DNA from: a virus
Lineage: Duplodnaviria > Caudoviricetes
IMG/VR virus record: IMGVR_UViG_2866360957_000001
Location: 15,162 to 79,161 of that record
Reading direction: 5' to 3' (one strand)
DNA: 64,000 nt
In this document: piece after piece, positions 28,482 through 38,871 of the stretch
Layout of the letters: each line of letters opens with the position of its first letter
Position numbering within the stretch: position 1 is the first letter of the stretch
Program-made: the position numbers and the translations under genes
The notes under the pieces: generated by a model
What the model was told of the DNA's origin: nothing
What the model saw: only the letters and a program-made list of their open reading frames with translations
The model's database searches: none

Positions 28482-29944
28482 TGGACGAGATCCTGCGCAG
28501 GCTCGGTGAGATCGAGACCGAGATGCGTGAAATGCACGAGGCCGCTGGCGATGCGGCGTTCACCGAAGAGCAGCAGGCCCGCTGGGCCGAGCTGGAGGAG
28601 CAGCGTGCCGAGCAGCTCCGGCTCCAGGAGGAGGAGCGCGCCCGCCAGGCCGACCTGGACCGGCGGCGCAGCGCGGTCGCCGGGTTCGCCGCGCGCGGCA
28701 CCACCGAGGCCGGGGACGGCAACCTCGACGTGCGTGGCGTGCAGGTGATGCAGCGCGTTGACCCGTGGGACGGCGCCGACGTGCGGGCCCTGCCGGACCT
28801 GAAGGCGCGCGACAAGGCGCTGAAGGCGCTGGAGGACCGTGACCTGACGGCGCACACCAGCGACGAGCAGCTCGCGCGGGCCATCAAGGTCCTGCGCACC
28901 CGCACCCGGGACTGCAACGGCGCGTACGTCGCCCGCCGCATGCTGCTGACCGAGAACGAGCACTACCGGTCGGCGTTCATGAAGTTGATCATGCGCGCCC
29001 ACCCCGTGCTCACTCCCGAAGAGCAGCACGCCGTCGAGGCGTACGAGGAGTACCGGGCCATGTCGATCGGCAGCGACCCGGGCGGCGGCTTCGGCGTCCC
29101 GGTGCTGATCGACCCGACGATCATCCTGACGGCGCAGGGCAGCCCGAACGACATCCTCAACCTTGCGCGCGTCGAGACGATCACCAACGACGAATGGAAG
29201 GGCGTCACCAGCGCGGGCGTGTCCTGGTCGTTCGACCCGGAGTCGGCCGAAGTGTCGGACGACAGCCCGACGCTGGCACAGCCCACAGTGCCAACGCACA
29301 AGGCGCAGGGCTACCTCCCGTACACCATCGAGGTCGGGATGGACTACCCCGGTTTCGCGACGGAGATGAACGCACTCCTCGATGAGGGCTACCGGGAGCT
29401 GCTAGCGCAGACCCTCACCACCGGGTCGGGCGTCAACGCGCCGACCGGCATCGTGACCGCGCTCGACGCGAACACCAACGTCGAGGTCGCCGTCACCACG
29501 GATGGCGCGTTCGGCGGTGCGGACATCTACAAGCTGTGGGACGCGCTGCCGATCAAGTACCGCAACCGGATGCCGAATTGGATGTCGTCCACGGATGTCA
29601 TGAACGAGGTCAGGCAGTTCGGCTCCGGCGGGTCCGGCGGCTCGAACTTCTCGGTCAACCTGACGCAGGAGTCGATCCCGCGGCTGTTCGGGAAGCCGTA
29701 CTACGAGAACGACTTCATGGACGACTTCACCGCTACGACCGGCGCCGCGAACCTGCTGATCGTGGGCGACTTCCAGAACTACCTGGTCGCCCAGCGCGCG
29801 GGGATGAGCGTCGAGCTCGTGCCGCATGTGTTCGGCACCACGAACAACCGGCCGATCGGCCAGCGCGCCTGGTACGCCTGGGCCCGCGTCGGTGCCGACT
29901 CGATCAACGACGCCGGGTTCCGCATCCTCCAGAACATCGCGTAA
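28481..29944 (+). CDS. Major capsid protein (HK97 fold with N-terminal delta domain)
   Basis: Coiled N-terminus; GGFGVPVLIDPTII; GDFQNYLVAQR...RVG. Confidence 0.92.
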   Translation: MDEILRRLGEIETEMREMHEAAGDAAFTEEQQARWAELEEQRAEQLRLQEEERARQADLDRRRSAVAGFAARGTTEAGDGNLDVRGVQVMQRVDPWDGADVRALPDLKARDKALKALEDRDLTAHTSDEQLARAIKVLRTRTRDCNGAYVARRMLLTENEHYRSAFMKLIMRAHPVLTPEEQHAVEAYEEYRAMSIGSDPGGGFGVPVLIDPTIILTAQGSPNDILNLARVETITNDEWKGVTSAGVSWSFDPESAEVSDDSPTLAQPTVPTHKAQGYLPYTIEVGMDYPGFATEMNALLDEGYRELLAQTLTTGSGVNAPTGIVTALDANTNVEVAVTTDGAFGGADIYKLWDALPIKYRNRMPNWMSSTDVMNEVRQFGSGGSGGSNFSVNLTQESIPRLFGKPYYENDFMDDFTATTGAANLLIVGDFQNYLVAQRAGMSVELVPHVFGTTNNRPIGQRAWYAWARVGADSINDAGFRILQNIA

Positions 29945-30055
29945 GCGCAGGCGCTGAGCCTGCTCTTCACCCACCTCCCGTCGGCCGCCTGGGTGGTCGG
30001 CCGGCGGGAGTCACCACCACCCACCGCCACCGCCCGGAAGAGAAGAGAGGTTCCG

Positions 30056-30298
30056 ATGAGGTACGTCTTCCCGACCTGTGTCGCGGTCGTCCATTGGGAG
30101 GGGGGCCGCGTCCACCTGCTCCGTGACCAGCCATGGGATGCCGACGACCCGTTCGTCAAGGCCAGGCCGGATCTCTTCGCCGAGCATCCGCAGGATCCGC
30201 AGCGGACCGCCCCTCCGGTGGAGCGGGCCACCCAGGCGCCAGGTGAGCGGCGGCAGACCCGCAGGCAGACCCGGAAGGACGGCCCGGCGGGTGAGTAA
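30056..30298 (+). CDS. Small head-associated protein
   Basis: DDPFVKARPDLF...VERATQAPGERR, a motif common after actinophage capsid genes. Confidence 0.6.
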   Translation: MRYVFPTCVAVVHWEGGRVHLLRDQPWDADDPFVKARPDLFAEHPQDPQRTAPPVERATQAPGERRQTRRQTRKDGPAGE

Positions 30299-31043
30299 CG
30301 GCACCGTCCTGGCCGCCTACCTACACCCCAACGCCGTTTCACACTCCTTCTCCGACTCGCTGATGAAGCTGATCTCCCACGACATGGTCAACCAGGCCCG
30401 GGTGGTCCGCGCCGGGGTGCTGCAATTCCGCTGTGGCGCGGGCGGCCTGGTGCAGGCCCGCAACGAGATCGTTCAGCAGTTTCTCGACCGGTCGGACGCC
30501 GAGTGGCTCTGGTGCGTGGACTCCGACATGGGATTCCTGCCGGACACCGTTGACCGCCTGGTCGAGGCGGCCGACCCGGCGGAGCGGCCGGTCGTGGGGG
30601 CGTTGTGCTTCGGGCTGCGGGAGGTGGCCCCGGACGGCATGTGCGGCTGGAAGGTGCGGCCCTTTCCCACGATCTATGACTGGGGGCGCGACCCCAAGGG
30701 CACCTTTGGCTTTCATGTGCGGCGCGACTACGCGCGCAACGCGCTCACCCAGGCCGCGGGCACGGGCGCCGCATGCCTGCTGATTCACCGGTCGGCGGCC
30801 GAGAAGGTGCGCGCCGACGCGGGCGACTCCTGGTTCGACCCCGTGAACTTCGCGGACGGCCGGCCGGTCAGCGAGGACCTCTCCTTCTGCTACCGCCTGA
30901 ACAAGGTCGGACTGCCCGTCTACGTGCACACCGGCATCCCGACCTCGCACCACAAGCAGATCTGGCTGGGCGAGGAGGAGTACCGGGTGTTCGAGGCGGC
31001 CTATCGAGCCACGGCCGACAGCATGGCGGCGGTGAGCGCATGA
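30291..31043 (+). CDS. Glycosyltransferase (GT-A/GT2-like)
   Basis: ARNEIVQQFL, WCVDSDM (DxD), GAACLLIHR, SEDLSFC. Confidence 0.85.
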   Translation: MSNGTVLAAYLHPNAVSHSFSDSLMKLISHDMVNQARVVRAGVLQFRCGAGGLVQARNEIVQQFLDRSDAEWLWCVDSDMGFLPDTVDRLVEAADPAERPVVGALCFGLREVAPDGMCGWKVRPFPTIYDWGRDPKGTFGFHVRRDYARNALTQAAGTGAACLLIHRSAAEKVRADAGDSWFDPVNFADGRPVSEDLSFCYRLNKVGLPVYVHTGIPTSHHKQIWLGEEEYRVFEAAYRATADSMAAVSA

Positions 31044-31732
31044 GCGACGGCGAGGGCCTGGTCGTCATCGTGCCGTCACGCGGACGCCCGGCCGCGGCGC
31101 ACGACCTGGCCAAGACGTTCAAGCAGACCTGCGGCCTGCGCACCGAGCTCGTGTTCGCCATCGATGACGACGACCCCGAACGGCCCGGCTATGAGGGCCT
31201 CGACACGCTGGCCGGTCCCAACACCACGATGGTGGAAGCGCTGAACCGCGCCGCCGCCGAAGTACTCGCCCGGCCGCGACCGCCGATGGCGATCGCCTTC
31301 ATGGGAGACGACCACCGGCCGCGCACCGCTGGCTGGGACCTCGATTACCTGACCGCGCTACGCAGTCTGCCCGGCTTCGTGTACGGCGACGACCTCGTGC
31401 AGGGAGTACGCCTACCGACGCAGGTCGCGATCAGCACGACGGTCGTTCGGGCGCTCGGGCACATGGCCCCGCCGACCCTGCGGCACATGTACGTGGACAA
31501 CTACTGGCTACGGCTCGGCCAGGCGGCCGGATGCATCACCTACCTGCGCAACGTGGTCGTCGAGCACCTGCACCCGGTGGCCGGGACCGCGGCCTGGGAT
31601 GCGGGCTACCGACGCGTCAACGCGCGCGAGGTCTACGACCAGGACAGGAAGGCGTTCGAGGCGTACATGGCCGCCAACGGCCACCGTGAGACCCTCGCCG
31701 TGCTCCAGGCCGCCGCCGCGGTACCGAAGTGA
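31040..31732 (+). CDS. Glycosyltransferase (GT2-like)
   Basis: VIVPSRGRP, FMGDDH, HMYVDN, EHLHP. Confidence 0.8.
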   Translation: MSDGEGLVVIVPSRGRPAAAHDLAKTFKQTCGLRTELVFAIDDDDPERPGYEGLDTLAGPNTTMVEALNRAAAEVLARPRPPMAIAFMGDDHRPRTAGWDLDYLTALRSLPGFVYGDDLVQGVRLPTQVAISTTVVRALGHMAPPTLRHMYVDNYWLRLGQAAGCITYLRNVVVEHLHPVAGTAAWDAGYRRVNAREVYDQDRKAFEAYMAANGHRETLAVLQAAAAVPK

Positions 31733-32286
31733 CCAGGAAGCGCCTGCGTCCGGCCTACTCGGACGCCGAGCTCAAAGCCCTCTACTGCACGCCGCACGAC
31801 CATCGCCGGTGGCGAGATCACCACCTGCGCGTCGATGTGACCATCGCGATGGCCCGGTGGATGGCCGGGGACGGCGTCGCTGCGGCGGCGGACCTGTCGT
31901 GCGGGAACGGCGCGATTCTGTCCGCGGTCCCCGCGGGGGCGAAGTACTTCGGCGACTTCGCGCCCGGCTACCGGTTCCAGGGCCCGATCGAGGACACCAT
32001 CATGCAGATCCCGCAGGTGGACCTGTTCGTGTGCTCGGAGACGCTTGAGCACGTGGACGCGCCCATGCTGGTGCTGGGCCGGATCCGCGACCATGCCCGC
32101 ATGCTGGTGCTCTCGACGCCCGTGGACGCCTGGGACGACGACAACCCCGAGCACTACTGGGCCTGGTCGCGCGAGGACATCGAGGAGATGCTCGCCGCCG
32201 CCGGGTGGCGGCAGCACGTGTACGCGACCGCTGACTTCCGGCCGATGGGCCTTCCGTACGCATTCGGGATCTGGGGGGTGCGGTGA
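31729..32286 (+). CDS. SAM-dependent methyltransferase-like protein
   Basis: DLSCGNG, SETLEHV, LSTP. Confidence 0.75.
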   Translation: MTRKRLRPAYSDAELKALYCTPHDHRRWRDHHLRVDVTIAMARWMAGDGVAAAADLSCGNGAILSAVPAGAKYFGDFAPGYRFQGPIEDTIMQIPQVDLFVCSETLEHVDAPMLVLGRIRDHARMLVLSTPVDAWDDDNPEHYWAWSREDIEEMLAAAGWRQHVYATADFRPMGLPYAFGIWGVR

Positions 32287-33200
32287 AGCGGGCTCTGGTC
32301 ACTGGGAGCGCGGGGTTCGTCGGCCGCCACATGGCCGCAGAGCTGTTTGACCGCGGGTGGGAAGTGCACGCCGCCGACATCGTCAACGGGCACGACGCAC
32401 ACGAGATCTTCCGCGGCGGTGGCGACGCGCCCGGGTTGTTCGGCGGGGAAGTCGGCCGCTACGACCTGGTGGCGCACGCGGCGGCCACCGCCCCACACCG
32501 GGCGGCGATCGACGGCCAGCCGATGAACCTGGCGCTGGACCTGGCGCTCGATGCCGCGATGTTCGAGTGGGCGGTGCGCACCGGCCAACGGCGGGTGCTC
32601 TACCTGTCCAGCAGCGCGGCCTACCCGATCGACCTGCAAGATGACCTTGCCGCGGCGAAGGACCTGCGCGAGGAGATGATCCGGTTCGACCGATACAACA
32701 TCGGTGCTCCGGATGCCTCATACGGCTGGATGAAGCTCACCGGCGAGCGCATCGCCGCCGCCGCGGCGCAGGCCGGGCTCGCCGTTCACGTCGTGCGGCC
32801 GTTCTCCGGCTACGGCACAGACCAGGGCGAGCAGTGGCCGTTCGGCGCCTTCATCGCGCGGGCCCTGCGGCGCGAGGACCCGTTCACGATCTGGGGCAGC
32901 GGCGAGCAGGTCCGCGACTGGCTGCACATCGACGACCTGGTGGCCGGCGCGCTGGCCGTGGTGGACGCCGACGTGCGCGAACCGGTCAACCTGTGCACCG
33001 GACGCGGCACGAGCATGCGCGAGCTCGCCGCGATGGTGTGCGCCGAGGTGGGATACCGGCCGCGGTTCGAGCTGCGCGAGGGCGCCCCGGCCGGGGTGGC
33101 GTACCGGGTCGGTGACCCGGCCCGGATGCACCGCATCTTTCAGCCGGCGGTGTCGATCGAGGACGGTGTCCGGCGCGCGTTGGCGTCGGCCTATCGGTGA
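32283..33200 (+). CDS. NAD-dependent epimerase/dehydratase (extended SDR)
   Basis: LVTGSAGFVG, SSSAAY, YGWMK, RPFSGYG, RDWLHIDD. Confidence 0.92.
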   Translation: MKRALVTGSAGFVGRHMAAELFDRGWEVHAADIVNGHDAHEIFRGGGDAPGLFGGEVGRYDLVAHAAATAPHRAAIDGQPMNLALDLALDAAMFEWAVRTGQRRVLYLSSSAAYPIDLQDDLAAAKDLREEMIRFDRYNIGAPDASYGWMKLTGERIAAAAAQAGLAVHVVRPFSGYGTDQGEQWPFGAFIARALRREDPFTIWGSGEQVRDWLHIDDLVAGALAVVDADVREPVNLCTGRGTSMRELAAMVCAEVGYRPRFELREGAPAGVAYRVGDPARMHRIFQPAVSIEDGVRRALASAYR

Positions 33201-33218
33201 TCAGAGCAAGGAGGACGC

Positions 33219-33842
33219 GTGATTATTGACGCGGGTTCGGCCGCTGAGGGGATGGGCGTGGGCGTAGCCACCGCGCCGACCGACTGCGGCCGAGGAACGA
33301 CACTGTGGCGGGTGGAGCGGTGGGACGCCGACGCGGTCGGCTGGGTGCGGCGCCGGTCGGGCCTGGCGGCACCGGAGGGCCACGTGTTCCACGAGCTTAA
33401 GGTGCCGTCCTACCGGACGACGGAGCACCTGGGAAACGCGATCCTCAGCGCAGGGTGGACACGCATCCTGAACTTGCTGATCGGTACCGGCTCGACCCAG
33501 GCCATGGACGCGACCCACACCCGTGTCGGTGTGGGCGACGGGACCACGGCGGTCACCACGGCGGACACCACGCTGACCGGGAGCACCAACAAGTACTTCA
33601 AGACCGCCGCGGGTGTGGGGACGATCGGGGCGGGCGCCGGGCCGCCTACGACGACGTTGACGATCGCGGCCACCTTCGGCATATCGCAGGCGAACTTCGA
33701 TTGGAGGAAGTTCGGCGTCGATTTCGGGACTGCGGACGGCACGACAGAGGTCGCGCCGCTGCTCAACGCCGCCGTATCCAACCAGGGAACCAAAGCGTCC
33801 GGCCAGATCTGGACGGCCACCGCGACCCTCTCATGGACCTGA
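33219..33842 (+). CDS. Virion structural protein (beta-rich, Thr-rich)
   Basis: GVGDGTTA, ATF...ANFDW, GTKASGQIWT; position in structural operon. Confidence 0.6.
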   Translation: MIIDAGSAAEGMGVGVATAPTDCGRGTTLWRVERWDADAVGWVRRRSGLAAPEGHVFHELKVPSYRTTEHLGNAILSAGWTRILNLLIGTGSTQAMDATHTRVGVGDGTTAVTTADTTLTGSTNKYFKTAAGVGTIGAGAGPPTTTLTIAATFGISQANFDWRKFGVDFGTADGTTEVAPLLNAAVSNQGTKASGQIWTATATLSWT

Positions 33843-33870
33843 TCACTTAGCGCTCGATCGGTAGACGTTC

Positions 33871-35076
33871 ATGGCGATCCGGTTCAGTGGCTCTGGTCAG
33901 CGGTACACGGCATCCCTCGGGCTCGGCGTCCGGACCAGCCTGACGGTCGCCTGCTGGATCAAGATCTCCGTTGACCGGAACACTCGTGTAGTGCCGTGGG
34001 TGATCCACAACGGCGCAAGCAACTACCTGTCGCTGGAACTCACCAGCGCTGGCGAACTCGGGGTCTACACCGAGAACACCACACCCCCCGTGGCCCTCAC
34101 CCCCGACGTGGGGGACTGGCTCTACGTCGCGGTGACCGTGGACGCCTCGAACGTGCGCATGACCTACGAAACGACGCCGTTCTCCGGTTCCTTCTCCAGC
34201 TCGTTCTGGGGCATCTCCCATTCGACGAACGCGGCGAGTCTGAGCATCGGCGAGTGGGTGTCCGGAACGAGCGCGTGGCTCAACGGCTGCGTGTGCGGGC
34301 TGAAGATCTGGACGGCCACGCTCACTGCGGACGAGCTTGAAACGGAGGCCACCCAGTACGCTCCGGTCCGAACCTCGGGTCTGGCGGCGTACTACCGGTT
34401 CGACGGCCCATCGACGACCGACGACAGTGGTAACGGGCGCACCCTCTCCGGCGGAGCGGGTGTCACCCAGGAGCCGGATCCGGATGACGTCACCGTGGTC
34501 ACGCCGGCCGACTCCGCCGCCGCCGCCGACGCGCTGACCGCCGCCGCCACGGTGACGCTCGCGGAAGCCGCCGCGGCAAGCACAGGTGTGGCCGTGGCCG
34601 CGGGCCTGGGAGTGGCCGACTCCGGCACGGCTGCCGAGAGCCTTACGATCACCGCGACCGTACCTCTCTTGGACACCGGCACGGTCACCGAGGTGATGAG
34701 CAGCGGCATGCCGGTCCCCGTTGCCGACGCGGGCACGGGTGCAGATGCGTTCGCGACCGGCGCCACCGTGGTGCTCACTGAGACCGCCACTGGCGCCGAT
34801 GCGCTGTCCATCACCGCGGCCGTACCGCTCGCCGACTCGGCGGTCGCGGCCGATGCGGTCGAGCGCGCGCAGCTCGTTGGGAAGGCGCTCGCCGACGCCG
34901 CGGCCGGGCTCGACGCGCTGGCCGTGCAGAGCTACATCGTGCGGGAGATCGGCGACCCTGGCCCGCCGCGAACGGCGTGGCCGGTGCGCACCCCGCGCCG
35001 CGCCTGGTCGGCGGCCGGGCCGCGCCGCCGCTGGTCCGTCCGCCCGCCCCGTACCGATGTGCCGCTGGAGGTGTGA
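33871..35076 (+). CDS. LamG/concanavalin-like domain plus ~20-aa Ala/Asp/Thr repeats (virion decoration/fibre)
   Basis: TVACWIK, W.YVAVT, LKIWTATLT, GLAAYYRFD; then DxAxAxDxL repeats. Confidence 0.7.
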   Translation: MAIRFSGSGQRYTASLGLGVRTSLTVACWIKISVDRNTRVVPWVIHNGASNYLSLELTSAGELGVYTENTTPPVALTPDVGDWLYVAVTVDASNVRMTYETTPFSGSFSSSFWGISHSTNAASLSIGEWVSGTSAWLNGCVCGLKIWTATLTADELETEATQYAPVRTSGLAAYYRFDGPSTTDDSGNGRTLSGGAGVTQEPDPDDVTVVTPADSAAAADALTAAATVTLAEAAAASTGVAVAAGLGVADSGTAAESLTITATVPLLDTGTVTEVMSSGMPVPVADAGTGADAFATGATVVLTETATGADALSITAAVPLADSAVAADAVERAQLVGKALADAAAGLDALAVQSYIVREIGDPGPPRTAWPVRTPRRAWSAAGPRRRWSVRPPRTDVPLEV

Positions 35077-35372
35077 TGCACGCCGCGCTGTCGATCTCCA
35101 GCTTGAGCCGCGAGTACGTGTACGCGTGGGTGGGCGGTGTGCTCGGGACCGAGACCGTCGAGATCGCGCTGATCCAGGGCGACGAACCCACCTCGGGGGA
35201 CTGGGAGACCGCGGACTGGGCCAACCAGACGCCCTCGGGTGCGGACGCGCGGATTCTGGTCGGGCCCGGCGGCACGGTCACCCCGACCGACGGGGTGTGG
35301 CACATGTGGGTGCGGGTCACCGCGGTCACCGAGACGCCCGTGCTGTACTCGGGGCCGATCCTCATCACATAG
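35076..35372 (+). CDS. Small structural protein
   Basis: SREYV...DWETADW...LVGPGG...WVRVT..ETPV. Confidence 0.6.
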   Translation: MHAALSISSLSREYVYAWVGGVLGTETVEIALIQGDEPTSGDWETADWANQTPSGADARILVGPGGTVTPTDGVWHMWVRVTAVTETPVLYSGPILIT

Positions 35373-35376
35373 CCGC

Positions 35377-36678
35377 ATGACGACGGTCAGTACCAACTTC
35401 GACGGGGGCACGAACGGCCAGGTGATCACCCTGGCCAACTCCGGTACCTCTGGCAACGCGCTCCAGTTCATCAGCGGCAGCCCCGTCTACTCCAACGCAC
35501 AGGCCCACTCCGGCACCCTCTCGTGTCGATATCCCGCCTCGGCCTTCACCTCGATCGGCTACGAGCTGGCGGGCACGTCGATCTGGATCCGGTTCTACGT
35601 GCGGTTGCCGCAAAACCGTGACGAGAGCCTGGTGCGGCTGTGGGACGCGGTCGATGCCCAGGGCACGTACATGGGCGGCATCGACGCCACGGCCAGCGGT
35701 GCCATGGATCTGAACGTGGGGTTCGGCAACACCGGCACCGTGTCCGGGGCAGTGGTCCTCGGGCAGTGGATCCGCGTCGAGGCGATGTGGAGCACGACCC
35801 TCGGGGGCGAGCTTCGCGTCTACCACGACCAGGACTCGGCGACCCCCTCGGTCACGGGCACCCTCGCCACCAATCTGAGCGGCACGGTGCGCACCGAGGA
35901 ACTCATCCGATTCAGCAGTACGACCGCAGTTACGTATTTCGATGACTTCGCTGTCTCCACCGATGGGTGGATCGGCCCCACGGTCACGCCGATCGCGGTC
36001 ACCGACGTCGGCCAGGGCGCGGACGCCATCGGGCTCGCCGCGGCCGTCCCGGCTGGAGATGCCGCAACCGCTGCCGACGCCGTGGCGGTGTCCGCAACGG
36101 CCGGGCCGGCGGACAGTGCCGGAGCGGCCGACACGGTGACCGTGGCGGCGTCCACCGCGCTCGCTGACGCCGCGACCGCAGCGGACGCCATCACCGTGAC
36201 GGTCGCCGCAGGACTGCCGGACTCGGCGGCCGGCGCCGAACTGCTCGGCGCGAACGCGGGCCTGGCGATCACTGACTCGGCGGCCGGCGCGGACACGCTG
36301 ACACCCACCGCCGCAGTGGGCCTCGGCGACGCCGCCACGGCGGCCGAGTCCATGGTGAGCGGTCAGCTCCGGCCGGGCGTGGACGCCGGGTCCGGCACCG
36401 ACGCCATGGCCGTGAGCGTGGACGCTGTGCCGGGCGACGCGGGCAGCGCGGCCGACCTGCTCGGCGTGAACACCGCGCTCACCCTGATGGACACGGCCGT
36501 CGCCGCAGACCACTTCGCGGCCATCGAGGTCACGCCGATCAGCCTGGCCGACGCCGCGACCGCCTCAGACGCACTGTCCGTGATCCGGGATCGCGACGTC
36601 GGGCCGGTCGGGCGCCCGCGCCGGAACTGGAGCGTCCGGGGCCCGCGCCGTGGGGTGGCCGCGGCCCGACCGCTGTAG
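35377..36678 (+). CDS. Carbohydrate-binding-like domain plus Ala/Asp/Thr repeats (virion decoration/fibre)
   Basis: AHSGTLS, GQWIRVE, YFDDFAVS; repeats DSAAGAD; Arg/Trp C-terminal tail like that of 33871. Confidence 0.65.
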   Translation: MTTVSTNFDGGTNGQVITLANSGTSGNALQFISGSPVYSNAQAHSGTLSCRYPASAFTSIGYELAGTSIWIRFYVRLPQNRDESLVRLWDAVDAQGTYMGGIDATASGAMDLNVGFGNTGTVSGAVVLGQWIRVEAMWSTTLGGELRVYHDQDSATPSVTGTLATNLSGTVRTEELIRFSSTTAVTYFDDFAVSTDGWIGPTVTPIAVTDVGQGADAIGLAAAVPAGDAATAADAVAVSATAGPADSAGAADTVTVAASTALADAATAADAITVTVAAGLPDSAAGAELLGANAGLAITDSAAGADTLTPTAAVGLGDAATAAESMVSGQLRPGVDAGSGTDAMAVSVDAVPGDAGSAADLLGVNTALTLMDTAVAADHFAAIEVTPISLADAATASDALSVIRDRDVGPVGRPRRNWSVRGPRRGVAAARPL

Positions 36679-36686
36679 GGGGTGCC

Positions 36687-38024
36687 GTGGCCGAGCCGTC
36701 GTACGTCGCCATCGGCGGATACGTCGCAGAAACGGGCGTTCAGGCGGCGGTGCCGGTCCCGCCCGGCGCGGCGGCCGGGATGGCGATCGTCGTCGGAATG
36801 TTCATGGACGGGCCCCCTCTGGCGGTCCCCCCGACGATGCCGCCAGGGTTCGAGGTTCCTGAGAACGCGCCGGTGCAGATCCCGTCCGGGGCCGGGACGC
36901 ACAGCCTGTACGTGTGGATCAAGCGCCTCACCGGCAGCGACGGCGGCACCTATACCTTCACCTGGGGCGAGGAGCGCTACCAGGAGTCGCAGGCGATCCT
37001 GTACCGGGACGTGGCCACCACGGGCCCGCTGTTCGACTCACCAACCGACTCCGCAGCCGACACCGCCGCCATCACCACCAGCCCGCCTGTCGAGGTGACC
37101 AGCGCGGGCCCGGACCGGCGGCTGGTCTGGCTATCGACGAACTGGTCGGGCGGCACATGGACGGCACCAACAGGCTTCACTCGGCGCGTGCAGGGCGGCG
37201 CGCAGATCTGGAGCGCGGCCGACCGCTCGTGGCCCACGGCCGGAGCGACCGGCTCGGTGGTCGGTTCGTGTACCGGTAGCGACCGGCGCACGGCCTGGCT
37301 CGGCGCCCTGCGCGGCACCACGTCCGACAGCACACCCGTCGCCGTGGCCGATGCGGCGTCGGCCGGTGACGCGCTTGCCGTCGGCGCCACCATCGCGCGG
37401 GGCGACACCGCGACCGCAGCCGACACCGTGGCGGTCACCGCGACCGCAGCCGCCAGCGACTCCGCCACCGCGGCCGCCGCGCTGACCGCCGCGGCCACGG
37501 TGGCGACCACCGAGAGCGGCACGGGGGCGGACACCCTGGCGGTCGGGGGCCTCGCGCCGCTGGCCGACGCCGCAGTGTGCGGTGATGGGCTGATGGTCGC
37601 GGTCACCGTTCCGCTCGCGGATTCCGTGGTCGGCGGTGAGGCCCTGCTGCCCGCCGTGACCGCGCCGCTCGGCGATGTCGCGGCCGGGGCGGACCTGCTG
37701 ACCGCCGCCGTACAGGCGGCCATGGCCGACACTGCGGCCGGCGCGGACCAGCTCGCTCGCGGCGAGCAACTCGCGCTCGGCGACGCCGCCACGGCGGCCG
37801 ATGCGCTGGCGGTGCTCGTCGCCGCCGGGCTGGACGAGCAAGCGGCGGCCGTCGAGGTGCTCGCCGCGGCAGTGGACGTGACGCTCACCGACGCCGCGGC
37901 CGAGCTCGACGTGCTGGCCGTGGCCGGTCCGGCGGCGACCGGCGGGTTCATGACGGCCACCGACCGCCGTGGAACAGCGATGGCAGGCGCAGCGCGCGCC
38001 GGCGCGAGGATGGAGGCGCGGTGA
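36687..38024 (+). CDS. Third repeat-containing virion protein
   Basis: N-terminal beta domain followed by DAAxAxDAL repeats. Confidence 0.65.
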   Translation: MAEPSYVAIGGYVAETGVQAAVPVPPGAAAGMAIVVGMFMDGPPLAVPPTMPPGFEVPENAPVQIPSGAGTHSLYVWIKRLTGSDGGTYTFTWGEERYQESQAILYRDVATTGPLFDSPTDSAADTAAITTSPPVEVTSAGPDRRLVWLSTNWSGGTWTAPTGFTRRVQGGAQIWSAADRSWPTAGATGSVVGSCTGSDRRTAWLGALRGTTSDSTPVAVADAASAGDALAVGATIARGDTATAADTVAVTATAAASDSATAAAALTAAATVATTESGTGADTLAVGGLAPLADAAVCGDGLMVAVTVPLADSVVGGEALLPAVTAPLGDVAAGADLLTAAVQAAMADTAAGADQLARGEQLALGDAATAADALAVLVAAGLDEQAAAVEVLAAAVDVTLTDAAAELDVLAVAGPAATGGFMTATDRRGTAMAGAARAGARMEAR

Positions 38025-38842
38025 GCTACGACCTCGGGGACGTCGTCCCACTGACCGTCACGATCACGGATGCGGACGGCCACCCGGCGAACGCCAGCAC
38101 GGTGACACTGACGATCACCCTGCCGGACGGCACCGTGACCACGGTGGGCCCGGTCGCGCCGACCGAGACCGGCGTATACGGCCACGACTATCCGACCGTC
38201 CAGACCGGGCTGCACGTCGTGCGCTGGGTCGCCACCGGCGCCAACGCGAGCGCGTATGACGACGTCATCGACGTCCAGCCGGCGGCCGTGACCTTCGTCA
38301 GCTTGAGCGACGCGCGGGAGCACCTGAAGAAGACCGGACTCGCGGGCGACGACGAGAAGCTCCGGCGGTTCGTCGGGGCCGCCTGCCGCATGATCAGCGA
38401 CCGGATGGGCCACGTCGCGCCGACCACGCGCAGCATGGACGGCTCCGGCTGCACGGTGATCCTGGAGCGCCCGGTCATCGCGGTGACCTCAGTGACGAAG
38501 CTTCCCGGCGGCGACGTCGTACCGGCCGCCGACCCGATCGCGGGGACCGCCGGATGGACCCTCGACGGCGCGGCCGCGGTGCTCACGCTGACGCGGTCGT
38601 ACGGCCGGGTGCGCGTCACCTACCGTGCCGGACGCAGTCCGATTCCGGCGAACTTCCGCCTTGCCGCGCTGGAACTCACCGGGCACCTGTGGCGGACGTC
38701 GCAGCTCAACGGCGGCGGCGGGCGCCCGTCGCTCGCTGGCGACGAGCAGGTGGTGCCCGGCGTCAGCTACGCGCTCCCGTACTCGGTGCGGCAGCTCCTG
38801 GGGCTCGACAAGAGGCCCCAGGAAGAGCTCCTGGTCGGCTGA
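38021..38842 (+). CDS. Ig-like domain fused to head-tail adaptor
   Basis: VSLSDAREHL...DDEKL..F; VTYRAG..PANFRLAALELTGHLW. Confidence 0.75.
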   Translation: MSYDLGDVVPLTVTITDADGHPANASTVTLTITLPDGTVTTVGPVAPTETGVYGHDYPTVQTGLHVVRWVATGANASAYDDVIDVQPAAVTFVSLSDAREHLKKTGLAGDDEKLRRFVGAACRMISDRMGHVAPTTRSMDGSGCTVILERPVIAVTSVTKLPGGDVVPAADPIAGTAGWTLDGAAAVLTLTRSYGRVRVTYRAGRSPIPANFRLAALELTGHLWRTSQLNGGGGRPSLAGDEQVVPGVSYALPYSVRQLLGLDKRPQEELLVG

Positions 38843-38871
38843 TACCGACCGCGCCCTGTTCGCCGATCGAG

